A DNA stretch of 63,866 nucleotides, filler included, from Guillardia theta CCMP2712 (GCF_000315625.1; 4 parts of 4 records of this genome joined end to end with filler, not necessarily neighbours in it), one strand, 5' to 3'. Counted from the first letter of the whole stretch, positions 41,778-54,893 are shown. The notes: generated by a model from the sequence alone, not told the origin. Program-made: numbers and translations.

Positions 41778-43312
41778 TATGCCGAGAGTGTCACGGAAGA
41801 AAGATACAACAGACCCTCATGCTGCTAGCAAGACCAGTCAGAGATTACATGTGCGATGCTATTCATATGCATTGATGTCCAAACAGTCACTAAGATGTCT
41901 AAGTACATTTAATTTTCAGTCACTCATTTCAGGCAAGCAGACGCCAATTCGACTCGCGAAATTGAATTGTACGCAATGACATCAATTGCGCATCAACTAG
42001 CTTCGCTCTATCAGGTCTCATCTTCAGCTTGTCAATACTTGAACGCTTAACCCCTCAAGCAAAACATCTCTTGTCCCAACTGATCTACTCTCCTATTCCT
42101 TCCCATCCCTACAATCGTTATCATGGCTCTTTCATGCCCTTCCTTACTTCTAACCTCTTCCCTGCTCTGCTCTGCCCTCCTCCAGGTGCCCTCCTCTTTC
42201 TTCGGTTGCTCAAGCCATATCCTGCTATGCCATCATCTGTCGTACTCTGTTCTGCCTCTCACTTCTCCGCCATAGTGCTGCTGTATGCTCACCTGAGCCC
42301 TTCCTGCATGGTGGGGCCGTTGCACTGTAAATCTAATTATTGTTGTAACTTGAACTAAAATAGGGTGCATCTACCAAGCTTAAAATAAATGTTTTTAGAA
42401 TCCAAGAGATTTGTATGGAATTTGCAACCCAGCGCCTCACCACTATCAAACCATGAATCACTACAGTGAGTATAATTGTTATTTTTATACTTTTTAGTAC
42501 CTTTGTTGTTATTATATATATTACATGTATAGGAACGTTTTATATTAGTTCAATTGTGCAACCCCCCCTCACAGCTGCTCTGCGACTGACCGTACTGACC
42601 GGGTACAGAAAGACCGGGTACCCGTTCTTTACTCAAAATTAAGTGAAAAATCAGTACGAGGACAACAGCACTGTAAGCAGGATCTTTCAAGGGCCGGTTC
42701 ACAAGTGAAAGTTCGTCCGGTCAGCTCCGAGGCAAGGGCTCCCTGTCCGACCTTCGCTGCCGCCAGACGGTTTCAACTTGGTGACTGGGCGGCCCGGGGA
42801 CCGTAGCCTCCGGGCGAGTTGGGACCCGCAGTGACGGGGCATCGTACGCCAGTGGCGGCCACACCGTTGGGGCCCCGGAGGCGTCGGAAGTCACACTGGG
42901 ACCGTCGGACCGTCGTCGCCGCCCGGCCCAGTCACTGATGATGCCATCAGCCCGCCCCCGGCCCGGCTCCGGGAGTCGGACTCTGGCAGGGCCCATGCCG
43001 GCGGGCCGGGCTGATGAGGGGAGGTGGTACACGAGCAGTAACAGCCGTTGGCGCCACAAATCGGGGAGCCTGCTGAGAACAAGCCTGCCATGCTGCCACC
43101 GTCATGGTGAACACTGATTGATATGGAGTCAAGCCATAAGCAAGACAATCACGCGAAGCTGTGGAGGGCGAAATAAGAAATAAACTTGCAAGGCTTCAAC
43201 CCCAGTCGAACATCAGCCATAGGTAATTTGTCCCGGGTATCGAGTTGCGGACAGGTGTGCCTCAGTCGCTCAACTTGATGGTGTTCAAGTTTCTGATTTT
43301 ACTTGTTCAGAC

Positions 43313-45022
43313 ATGGCTCGAGCGGAAGAAAGAGAAGCTCTTGAACAAAAGCGGCTGGAAAAACGGCAGCAAAAGAGAGCCAAGAAGCGAGAGACACAAA
43401 ATACTGACATGAGTGATCTTGATGCGCTTGGCATTGCTCGGGGTGAACTGAATAGGCTTCATGGAGAGCAACACGAGAGCCTTGGACATGAGGAAATAGG
43501 TACATGTCTCTTCTGTCGTGGTTCAGAACATGTTTAATCCTGGTTTAGATTTCAGGATTGAACAAGAGAACGAAGACACGGCTGAGAATGAAGTCGATGA
43601 GAGTCAGAAGTCTGGATTGATGGAATGTCTACGTTGGCTCTTCAAGGGCGAGAGTGCACCACCGAAAGAGTGGAAGACATACAGAAGGGAAGAGATACAA
43701 AATTACATCTCTTCGAAGCGAGAAATTTTCATCGGACGAATCTTCTCGGAAGGATTGTATTACAAGAGCGTACAAAGAAAGAAGATCCGCTATTGGGGGG
43801 ACTACGATGGGAAAGGAAGAAGGGACGGTAGAGGAATATGTTGGTGGCCGGACCCACCGCTAGGAGGAGGAGGTTGTCATTCGGGAAGAGTCAAGTGACT
43901 GACTTGAACCAACAGAAAGCTACTACGGATTGTGGAGAGAAGATCAACCCAACGGACATGGTGTGTTCCGATGGTTTTCCGGCGACATATATATGGGAGA
44001 ATGGCAAGCAGGTATGACACTTTATCTTCTCACAGCACATGTTCAAGAGTCCCGCAGGAAAAGAGCAAGGTTACGGAGTGTATGAGTATGGCGAGCATGG
44101 ATCGTTCCGGGGGGATGTGTAAGCTTCGATGTTCAAGCTTTCTCGACCGCTGATGAAGTTCCGTATAAGATACGAAGGAACCTACTTTGCTGGTCTGCGC
44201 CAGGGCATCGGAGTTTACAAATATTCAGCCAGAGGCGAAAAACCAGGGGGCGTGTACATGGGAGAGTGGATGAGAGGCTACATGCATGGAAAGGGAGTGC
44301 TGACCTATGAGGACGGAGAATTCTACATCGGCACATGGAAGGTCGACCACAAGGATGGCATAGGGGTCCGTGGGTTCTGTAGGAGACAGGGGTTCATTGA
44401 TTTCAACGTGCAGGTGTACAGCTGGGGAAGGTTAGCTGGTGAAAATGCAGGAGACAAATTCGAAGGGAAGTTTACGAAAGGCCTGGCGAATGGGCATGGC
44501 AGGACCATCTTCAATGATGGGTCGAAGCACCAGGTGCTGTGTGCTCATCGTTTGCCGTCATCTCATGCGCAGGGGCAGGGAGAATATTCCGACGGTGAGC
44601 TACATGGATGGGGCATCCTGAGGGCTTCCGACGGGTGGGAGTTTGTTGGGAAGTGGGTACGGAACGAGCTGGATGGAGAGGTTGTAAGAATGAATAGCTT
44701 CGGTTTTCAAGCCCAAAAAATTGTTCAGATCTACAGCAAAGGAAAACTAATTGGAACGAGAGAGTATGACAAGTTAGGAGATTGGGAGAAAATCGAATCG
44801 CAAGCTCATGAGAACGCAAAAGATGGAGAAGCTTATGCAAAGCTTGCTCGAAATATTTTTGCAACAGTTACAGCAACTGCAAAGAAAGCAAGAAATACCC
44901 AAATTTTGGCACAGGATGCAGCAGAAGAAGCAATATATTGGCTAAGAGAGGCGAAGAAATTTCGGAACTACATCCGTCAATGGTTTGGCATAAGAAAGTA
45001 CATCTGGCCCATCGACGCTTGA
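43313..45022 (+). CDS. MORN-repeat protein, multi-exon
   Basis: Repeated YxGxWxxGxxHGxG units, e.g. YMGEWMRGYMHGKG, YIGTWKVDHKDGIG, FEGKFTKGLANGHG. Confidence 0.92.
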
Positions 45023-45166
45023 TTTGATTATCAACATACACATAAGAATTTCAGTAAAGCAAAAGTAAATTACTGTCAGACGTGGTCGAGTTTTTGACCC
45101 CGTCCATTCGTTGCAGCCAGACGGCCAATAAAGCAAAAATTATCATCTACAGCAAGCCCATACCTC

Positions 45167-48100
45167 TCAGGTCTCGCACGAGATTTGCCCTCTTGCCAAC
45201 TTTGATCTGCAGGCGGAAGTCAAAGAGACATCAAAGAAATGAACTACCTTTATGACGCCCACGACATGCTCCCACTCAGAGCTCAGAGAGGGTCCTCGGA
45301 TGCGGATGCTGGTCTTGGCCTGCTTGGCGGCTGCAAATTCTAGGTCCTGTCCCGAACCTCCTGGCAATGAAAACCGACGAGAAGCTCTGAGCCAGAGATC
45401 TTGAACCACATCGCTCGCAACAGCCGGGCGAGTATGGAAGACATCTTTCAGCCTTTCGAGCCAACTTGCAAAGCCATCCTTGAGATCTCTTGGCCCGCTC
45501 TTGCCTGACTCCAACGCACGATGCACCTTCATGCAAACGTCGTTGACTTGCTTTTCGAGCAATGGCTGAATGCAACCAGGTTCTACCATGGCCCCGACCT
45601 TGAGAAGTTCCAGAACTTGTTGTTCTGTGTCTAAGAATTTGCTGTGCTTGAAGTTCTCCACGAGGATGCACAGACACGATCCCAGGAAGGAGGTCTGTAC
45701 CTCCGCATCACCCTCACCTCGACAGCCCTCCAAGGCCTGCGGCCCAAGGACCAGGATGAGCGACCTGAGCTCCAAGATGATCTGCTTGAGCGGCAGCCTT
45801 TTGCAGGCTGATTTCAGCTGCTCTTCAGCTGTACCTCTGCTTTCCATAAGAGCTGAACAACCAAAGAGCAGAGGGTACTCCTTTGAATGACAGTCTTTCC
45901 CCTGGATGAATTTCCGCACAAATTGAATCTTTTCCAGGCTCGAGTAATGGAGAAAAGCAATACACGAGGATGTGGAAGGGGAATGCTTGAAACACCACAA
46001 GACTAAAGTCTCTACCAGCTCCTTTTCTTCCTGGATGATCGCGACAGGAACAAGCCTGAACATCACACTCCAAAACCTATGATTATGCTTGATTTGATTG
46101 AACGCAGGAGACTTGCTCTCCTTCATCTCCTTGAGTTTCGTCATAATGTGATTCGCATGACGAATAGAAGCGGAAAAATCTCCTTCACGGGCTTGACGAA
46201 CGCAGAATCGTACGAGAGAGAGGACGGAAGATGCAACTCCTTTGAAGTCATCCTCCACAAGTTCTGTCAGAGTCTCCTCATCAAGAGCTTTGGTTAGCAT
46301 CATGGCTCCCTTGCCCTCTCCGACGGACCACTTGCTCGAGCCATAAAACACATCCTCCCCCATACCAGCATCTAGTCCTCCTGGTCCTGCCCACATCAAC
46401 ACCTCAAGGAACGGAGTAGTGGTGCCTCCACCAAGTGACGGGGCGACCTCTGCTTTCGACTGCTGATCCCTCGACTCTGCTAAATTGAGGACATCGGACA
46501 ATATATTCCGACGACGGAAAAACACTTTGTGGGATGACTCGTACTTCTTCGGGCTCAGAGCACAGAGAAGTGAGATGAGCGCGAGGGCATTTCCTTGAGA
46601 GTGCAAGTTTGCCGCCATGCGCTCCGCTTCATCACAGAGGTTTGGATTCACATCCTTTCTGCCATGTAGCCTTGCAAACGCATGGATGCAAACGTCGATC
46701 ACCCAAAGCTTATCGACTGATGAATTTCCATAGATGTGTTCCCTCTCCAGAATTTCATCGGTACTGGAACCATCTTCAAAGTCAGTAAGGCCTGTGTTAT
46801 TCAAAAAGATCTGCGCCTTTTTTCTGATATCTTGTATACTTATCCCATGAGGAAGAATTACGCTGTGTTGGGAATAATCGCAAGGCAAGGAACATAATTG
46901 TTGCCAGTAACTGAATTCGCTGTCACTGGATCGCTTACACACTTCTGTAATTGTTTTCTCAGCAATTCACAACGGAGACTGAAAACAGGATCCATTTTTT
47001 CTAGATTGGGCTTGAAGAGCAATTTGTCACCAATCGCACTTCTCAAAGCAAACTTCATGCCAGATGAAAGGTCTATATTCCAGATTTTTGACCAGATGTC
47101 ATTGAACTGTACATTTGACATCCAGTTTCTTGAACCCTTCTTGCCAGTTTCAGAAAAAGTATCAACAGGAACAGCGAGAGCAAATATGATGTTCAAAGCA
47201 GGGTTCATGCAATTCTTTGAAATCAAATCCTTGGCGAGGTCCAAATTTATACAATCAAGATTCGTATCATTTGCAACGAAGCGCTCAAAGTCGCTCTCTT
47301 CTCCTCCTGCTCTCAATGCCTGCAATCTCGCCAGCTTCAAGGCCTTCGACTCTTCACCTGAAACCTCGAGACTCCATCCATCAGAACAGACCCTCAAAAG
47401 GAATTGGAATATGTCTTCTACTTGTTGTCGGCAGCTTATAGGCACATTGCTATTACGTTGTGCAAAGAACTGCTTGGTAAATTCCAAGTATTGCTCAAAT
47501 CTAGATTTGCATGCCTCGGATATCCTATTCCAATTGACATCACAATTTTCGTTATCGCTTGCTTTCTGATCGTCCTTTCTCATGGCAACGATAAGTAAAA
47601 GGGTAGACATGATGTTGGAAGCAAACTTGATAAATGAATGATACTGTTGCCAAGCTGCATTCATCGAGACAATTTCTTCCTCTCCTGCTTGGTCGAGAGA
47701 GATGCTTTCAGACATCGCAGAGGCAATGAGCACGTCCACCACACATATGTATCCTGCGGCCTCATCGACAGAAAGGGAGCCTTGTGATATGAGCTTTTGA
47801 GTTTCATCACAGTGCAATGTCACAGGTATATGTAGGTTGAGATGAGTAGCGACTGGCATCAAACACGAGCCAAGATGACGTAGTTTGTGGCGTGTCTTAA
47901 CCTCCATACGTCTCCTCACCTCATTCCAAACAGTTTCTTCTTCTCCGCGATGATATTGCACAAAACTTTGGTGTATTCTCAAAGTCCCGTCGTATATTGC
48001 GCAAAGATGGCTTTCTTTTAGGCTTTGTTTCAGTACATCTGCAATCATACTATGAATGAAAGGGTCAAACTAGTGAAACCAACTAAATTTCAAAACACCT

Positions 48101-49184
48101 TGAGGGTAACAGTCCTACACGATAGACGCTTCTCAAACTTTTCCAAACCTCATGCTTGCTGTCCGCATTGCAGTGTCCGTTGTCTTTCCACATAACTTTA
48201 TTTGCAGAATCGGCTGAGTATCGCTCCCAGCGTTGACATTCGTGTGCTCTCCGATCACAAACAAAGCAATAACAATTGTGACAACACAGCCTGCAGCCTA
48301 TCTTTCAGCAAGTAATGGCAAAACAGAGAAACATTTCATACTTATTTGTGTCTTCTATTTCCCGTGGAATATCTTGTATAGCTTCACAACAGTGAGGAAT
48401 AAACTTGGCTTGTTGGCACAAGCAACGGGGATGTGGAAGATCAGCAGCTGATCCGCCCGTTGCTGAGACCAATACTAGTTCACCGTCATCTTCCTTGGGT
48501 GGTTCTGCTGTCTCACGCATGGCTGCAGTCGAATCTGTATCATTACGAGCCTGTCCTTCAATTTCAGTCTTCAGGCTCGTTTGGACCATCGACTCACGTC
48601 GTTGTTCACTGATTCAGACTCATCTTCAGAATCCAGAACGATGATGTCAGATCGTCCTTCAGCTTTAGAGATCCTCTGAGATTCACGATCACTACTGATC
48701 GATGTGCTAGAGGCGTCGAGCGAAGGTTCTTCCTTCTTGTGTCATAAAAAATGATTCAGATGAAATCACATTCTCGTGTAGGACAAACAGCTTCCTCACC
48801 TTGTCCAAAGACTGTGCGCACTGTTGCTGCCGACTTTCTGATAAGATCCGATGATTTGATTGCAAAATCTGATGAGAACTGTGCAATGTCTTGGAGTAGG
48901 ACAAGCAGAGCTCAAGTGTGTTTTGCAAGTGTGTGATTTGGTCTTGCATACGTTGGAGGAGCTGGTCCCTCGTTTCCCGATCTTGAGTATTGTGTGTAAG
49001 AACATCGCTCTGGGGTTCTGAGCTCAATCTCGCAGTCTTGCATGCTAGAGTGATGAGGTCATTTCAAATCCTCTTTGAAAACATATAAATTGAAAATATG
49101 CGGACCTGGGAGTTCAGAAGACTCTTCCTGCTGTTCGACTCTGGTTCTCTTTGTTGCGGGTGATTCTGGCAAACTCCTTTCCAT
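45167..49184 (-). CDS. Large uncharacterised, probably alpha-helical protein, multi-exon (3' end approximate)
   Basis: Long ORFs 46858-48048 and 45167-46942 can be joined by a short GT-AG intron; upstream exons lead to an ATG at 49184 (MERSLPESPATKRTR). Confidence 0.65.
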
Positions 49185-49373
49185 CGTTTAGTCCATCTCA
49201 GCTGCCGACAACATCACTCTAGAGCGACTTGAGGAAGGTAGATCAAAGCAAGAACAGAGTCAGAATACGGTGAGCATTCGCAGAGAATGTGGTCTTGCGT
49301 CTATAACTCCCTGGCCTTCACAAGATCTGCTGTAGGAGACCATGCTTCCATGCGTCAGACTGGAGATACGAAT

Positions 49374-50081
49374 CATCTGATGTACACAAGCATCTGATGT
49401 ACACAAGCATCTGATGTACACAAGCATCTGATGTACACAAGCATCTGATGTACACAAGCATCTGATGTACACAAGCATCTGTACACAAGCATCTGATGTA
49501 CACAAGCATCTGATGTACACAAGCATCTGATGTACACAAGCATCTGATGTACACAAGCATCTGATGTACACAAGCATCTGATGTACACAAGCATCTGATG
49601 TACACAAGCATCTGATGTACACAAGCATCTGATGTACACAAGCATCTGATGTACACAAGCATCTGAGGTACACAAGCATCTGATGTACACAAGCATCTGA
49701 TGTACACAAGCATCTGATGTACACAAGCATCTGATGTACACAAGCATCTGATGTACACAAGCATCTGATGTACACAAGCATCTGATGTACACAAGCATCT
49801 GATGTACACAAGCATCTGAGGTACACAAGCATCTGATGTACACAAGCATCTGATGTACACAAGCATCTGATGTACACAAGCATCTGATGTACACAAGCAT
49901 CTGATGTACACAAGCATCTGATGTACACAAGCATCTGATGTACACAAGCATCTGATGTACACAAGCATCTGATGTACACAAGCATCTGATGTACACAAGC
50001 ATCTGAGGTACACAAGCATCTGATGTACACAAGCATCTGAGGTACACAAGCATCTGAGGTACACAAGCATCTGATGTACAC
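49374..50081. repeat. 17-bp minisatellite (CATCTGATGTACACAAG)n, about 41-42 copies
   Basis: Seen directly. A few GAGGTAC variants and one 3-bp-deleted unit near 49480. Confidence 0.98.
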
Positions 50082-50192
50082 TTCACTCTCTGCTTCAACT
50101 TCTACCTTCCTTCCCTCACTTCCCCTTCATCTTCCACCCTCATGCCGCACACAGGGAACCAGCCCGCCTCACCCACTCATCATATAATAAAC

Positions 50193-51340
50193 ATGCTGGC
50201 CATGGCAGCGATAGGAGTTGGCAGTCCTGCCGGGGCGTTTGTCCCTCACCTTCCATCAGGTCTGACTCAAGCTCGTCATTGTCTTGCAAGGAGAAATGGT
50301 GACTCTCCCTTGCTGCGAGGAGTGTCCTGTCGAGCTCCTTACCAGCGACAAGCCGCGAAGCTCAAAATGCAGGAGATGGATCGTGATGGAACCTTCCAGA
50401 GGGATGAGAGCGACAATGTGAGAAGATATGGCTTGCTGATAGCATGGGCTTGTTTCATGTCATATGGCATCTTCTTTGCACCAGAAGTGACCGAGGGAGC
50501 TTCAAAGCAAATTCTCCTCGACGTTCTGGATCCATCGAAGCTCCAGACTATCAATCCGATCTTCTTTGCCGTTTTCAATTTGCTTGGAGTTTGGCCAGCA
50601 GTGATGGCTTCTCTACTCTTTCCGCTCAAACCGATATCCCAGAAACTTCCTGCTTCTCCCTTCATATTTGGGTCATTCGCTCTGGGTGCTTTCGCTCTGA
50701 CGCCTTACCTGGCACTGACGAGCTACGGCCCTGAAACGGATAAAGGTAGAGTTTTCGTTTATGCACTAGAATAGAAGGAAAGTAATTCATCTTTTCATCT
50801 AGATTCGATGTTTTCCCGTTTCTTTCAAAACAAGATAACTTCTGCTTGCCTCCTGATCTTCACTGTAAATGGTCTATAGATTTCTGCAGTTGTAATTTTG
50901 TCACTGTCAGGTTGGGCTATATTCGTACGGAGCCGGCTTTTTTGCACCAAACATTTTGAATGGAGGATCTGATTACAGCATTGATGTCCTCGTATACTCT
51001 TACTTCAAGGGCTTTATTGAGCTCTTCAGGTCAATTAAGCTGGTAAACGTGTCTTCATGCGATTTCATTTTTTTATGGTAAGCACGGCCAAGACGTCCAA
51101 AGTGAGCTGACGTAATACTTGTTGATTCAAGGCTTCTCAGTTCCAAGCCACTGTTTGAAGACATGAAGCGAAGGGGTAGTATACTCTATCTTCATCCCAT
51201 GGATGACATTTCTTGCAGGATGGCTTAAAGAAGCTGGAGACCTTCCGCTTTTCCTTAGCTTTATGCTCGCTCCGGTCATTGGAGCCTGTCTATGGCTTTT
51301 GGTCAGACCAGATTTACCTCAGACCAGACGTACAGATTGA
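50193..51340 (+). CDS. Plastid-targeted membrane protein, DUF2834-like, multi-exon
   Basis: Bipartite presequence with AGA-FVP; conserved-looking INPIFFAVFNLLGVWP and PFIFGSFALGAFALTPYLAL; C-terminal GACLWLLVRP. Confidence 0.75.
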
Positions 51341-51718
51341 GAGAGATCCGGCGCATAAATAGGAGAAGAGAGGTATAAAGGTCGGTTTTCGGATGTTCGT
51401 TTGCGGCAAAGATTGAAGCAGTAGAACTGTGATTGTAGCTCAGATTGGCCTTTAGAAACATGGGTACATCAGCTCACTTGCTGTGGAAACAAGCTTATTG
51501 TCGCGAAGAAGGTGACGATGAATTTGGAACGGGGTTTTAAGCTTGTTTGCCCCAAAAAAGCAAATTTGGTTGAATCCCGAAATGGAATCCAACCCAAGTT
51601 TTAGCTTTGATCATGGAAACCAGTACACGAATGACCATTCAGTTTATTTGCTATACGAAGATGTTACAACAAGCCTACAGCGACATTTGATTTTCACGTC
51701 AAATGTTTTTATTCACGC

Positions 51719-52552
51719 CTAAAATTCACTTGAATGTCGGCTCCTCTGCACTTGAGGAGGCCACGTTACTCTGTTTTCTTCATTCAGAATATTCCAAAGA
51801 TTTCCAGGTTCAAAATGTAAGAGATCATCCATCCTCGCTTCAGCAACTCCCCACATTCCCCTGAATATCTCATTTCTGAGTTGCTGCTGCGTCCATGCAC
51901 AATATCCTTTGAAAATAAATGCTTGATTGTTCTTGTTCATTTCAAGAATGTTCATTGTCCATCGAACGGTCTCATGATCACAAGCGACAGAAAACTCTGC
52001 AGGCTGATATAAGTTCCTTGGATATCCGTCAACGTCCTGTTCTGTACCCTCGAGAAGGATTTTATAGTCCGAGGAAGAGCCGTTTTCCGACCCGTACCAC
52101 AGCACAAAATATCGCACGACACCAAATCTACCACCACAAACAGGCCCACCAAGAAATGTTCGAATACGATGGTCTGCGACAGCATCTGGATTTCTTGAGG
52201 TGTGAGTTACAATGACACCCATCACTCTTGCGCTGTACTCACAAAGCAGGATCACACTACGAGCTAAAGAGCCAGTTGCTGAATGTGAAGCGACCAGAAA
52301 TTTTCCTACCTTCAAATCTAATCCAAACTGTCCTTCCAGTTGAATACTATACTCGTGCTTGCATACACTGCATATCTTATCTTGTCCTCTTGCCAAGTCC
52401 GCCAGTTGACATTGTTGCAAACATGACCTATGTATAAATTCTTGCGATCCTCTACATGCACACGGAGAAATCAATGGGTTTCTTCCCTCTCCGCCTTCAA
52501 CGTCCTCCCCTTCCGATTCAAAGCATATCCGGCAACATCTCTGATTCATCAT
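51719..52552 (-). CDS. RING-CH (RINGv/MARCH-type) + DUF179 (AlgH/YqgE-like) fusion protein
   Basis: CRICF...LISPCACRGSQEFIHRSCL...CSVCK (C4HC3 RINGv), followed by KFLVAS..ARSVILLCEY..MGVIV, FLGGPV and FKGYCAWTQQQLRNEIFRGMW (DUF179). Confidence 0.85.
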   Translation of the reverse strand: MMNQRCCRICFESEGEDVEGGEGRNPLISPCACRGSQEFIHRSCLQQCQLADLARGQDKICSVCKHEYSIQLEGQFGLDLKVGKFLVASHSATGSLARSVILLCEYSARVMGVIVTHTSRNPDAVADHRIRTFLGGPVCGGRFGVVRYFVLWYGSENGSSSDYKILLEGTEQDVDGYPRNLYQPAEFSVACDHETVRWTMNILEMNKNNQAFIFKGYCAWTQQQLRNEIFRGMWGVAEARMDDLLHFEPGNLWNILNEENRVTWPPQVQRSRHSSEF

Positions 52553-53766
52553 TTTTACACCAATTTGCTTAAGGAAATAATTGATCACGGATTGCTTCTC
52601 TTGTGGTGGTTTCCAAATGAGCAGACAGAGATCAAATTGTCACAAATGGATAGCGGATTTCTTTCCAGTATTCTTTTGTAAAGCTCAGATCCGAAGGTTG
52701 TAGTGCAGCCACAGAACTTTCAGACAGGCATATTTACGTCAGTTCTCAAGTAGGCCCGAGCAGACAGCAACTGGATATGATTCTGCTGGAACACATCGCG
52801 TCGAAATCAGGGCAGATGTATGAAGGAGAGGATGCCGATAGAGAAGATGTGATGACAATCGTCAAGGTGGCTCATCCATCCTCCGTCAATTTTTTAAACC
52901 AGTATGTGTCGGCTTCAAGACGGAAGGAGTTGAGCTAGGGTGGGTGGATGTATCGGGGGGTGGGGTCATGTTCCTGGGCTAGTGGAATCAAAAGTGCTAG
53001 AAAGTGCAGTAGAAGTGATGGCAGGGTAGAGAAAAAAGTATACAGGTACAAATATATATACAAACAGTGGGCATAAACTAAGATTGTCTGTACCACATGC
53101 GTACAAATCCAATGTACCAGGTTATTGCCGTACAAAAACAGCCGACAGTAATCTCAACAAAGAGTTTTCGTAGTAAACAAATTGGCAGATAGGGGTGGTC
53201 TAACAGTACCCGTCATATGGGAAATAGGGGTCTTAAGATAATACAGTAGGGGTAGCATTACTCTTGTACTGCTCGTGTCGAATGGCGACGGGTAGTTCGA
53301 TTTCTAGCTTATTGTGGGGGGTAGAGGGGGCAATAGTTTTTGGTAGTGCCTGGGATAGAACTTCAAAAATATGAAATAGTATTGAATATTTTCAAAATTG
53401 CCTGAATGATGATGGTAAAAATGCTGTTGTCGGCGAACAAAATCAGAAGAGTTTGCCAATTTCATTGGTTTCGGGTAAGTTTAAATATTTCATAGTACTT
53501 TTTCATTTTGGGGACCCTAGTTTGCTAATTCCAAAGGACCAACTTTTTTTTTCCATATCACAACCGAGAGGTAACGTGACTCATCAAATTTTTTCGGTCA
53601 CGACCCCATGTTTTTTCATTCGGCGCGTCCCTGCCCTATAAGCTGAACCACACAAAACTTATAGTACTTTGGGAGGATAAGAAGGAGGAAAATATCCTAC
53701 CGCTTTACCTCAGGACGCGTCGGATTGTTCTGAAGCGGGCCCACTGAGGCCTGCTAAAGCTTTAGC

Positions 53767-54570
53767 TTGAATCCTACAGATCAACGAGGCCGGGACAGAT
53801 CAAAAGGGAAATCCCAAAAGCAAGCAACCAGGATAAGCAAGGCAGGGAAGCACCTTACTAGCAGACCTGAGATAGCACGACGGCGAGCAGACGACATCTC
53901 AGTCACCGTCTCCTTCCTTCGGAATGAAGCAGCCAAGGAGCTATGGGAAGGCAGGAGAGAATACACCATCGAAGGGAGAGCGTTCCGAGCCACAGAGGTA
54001 AGCATAGCACACGACCGGTCCTTCAAGCTTCGAGCCAAGCGAGGACTCCGGACCTTGGGGCAAGGGAGGGAGCCTTGCCTTAGGGTTTTGGGTTTAGGGT
54101 TTAGTCAAGAGAGTCTTCAGTGTTGGAGATCGCTAACAGGCTCGAGATCAAAGTTGAAGGCATCGACATGGAGGAGGATTTGAACACTAAGTCCTGGAAC
54201 GGGTCCAAGCTATGCATCTTCCTTGGCTCCACGGAGGATGCTCAGCGACGCATGATGAAGGAGCTGCCCTTCTATCTCGAAGGCGCAGCCACCTCGAAGC
54301 AGTCGGCTTCGACAGGGAGCCTGAGGCGGCTGGTCAGCGGGAGAGAGCAAGAAGGCAAGGAGGGGCAGCGCGTTCTCGCCACGGGCAACGGCAGCTGCTG
54401 AGCTTGAGCAGGAGGCGGAGAGCGACGACATAGAGCGTCGATCTCTTAGCTTCCTGTTCATAGCACTGAGTAAATTCGCAGAGATGCATGTGCTGGCCTG
54501 CTCGCTGAAGGTGGACAAGAAGGACCGACTGCGGGTGGAGATGAGGGAAGATGACGAAGAAGAGGAAGAC
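53767..54570 (+). mobile_element. Subtelomeric degenerate coding relic resembling non-LTR retrotransposon ORF1 (RRM-like segments)
   Basis: VTVSFLRNEAAKELWEGRREYTIEGRAF and LRVLGL...KVEGIDMEEDLNTK...LCIFLGSTEDAQRR resemble RRM folds. The relic is frame-broken, intronless and ends at the telomere tract. No RT is seen. Confidence 0.35.
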
Positions 54571-54757
54571 TTTAGGGTTTAGGGTTTAGGGTTTAGGGTT
54601 TAGGGTTTAGGGTTTAGGGTTTAGGGTTTAGGGTTTAGGGTTTAGGGTTTAGGGTTTAGGGTTTAGGGTTTAGGGTTTAGGGTTTAGGGTTTAGGGTTTA
54701 GGGTTTAGGGTTTAGGGTTTAGGGTTTAGGGTTTAGGGTTTAGGTTTAGGGTTTAGG
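54571..54757 (+). repeat. Telomere-type repeat tract (TTTAGGG)n, about 26-27 units
   Basis: Seen directly, G-strand oriented toward the contig end, with TTTAGG variants at the distal end. Confidence 0.97.
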
Positions 54758-54793
54758 TGGCATGGCTGAGTTAGGTATCGGTTCCAACGCGGC

Positions 54794-54893
54794 NNNNNNN
54801 NNNNNNNNNNNNNNNNNNNNNNNNNNNNNNNNNNNNNTTAATTAATTAANNNNNNNNNNNNNNNNNNNNNNNNNNNNNNNNNNNNNNNNNNNN
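54794..54893. other. Artificial contig-joining spacer
   Basis: N44-TTAATTAATTAA-N44. Confidence 0.98.

Noticed and set aside
46858-46942. Programmed frameshift between two overlapping long ORFs
   Set aside because: A short phase-2 GT-AG intron (AA|GTGTGT...ACAG|C) joins the frames.
49374-50081. CRISPR-like array or Cys-rich repeat protein
   Set aside because: Units are contiguous with no spacers and no cas genes. The three ORFs are a by-product of a stop-free 17-bp unit.
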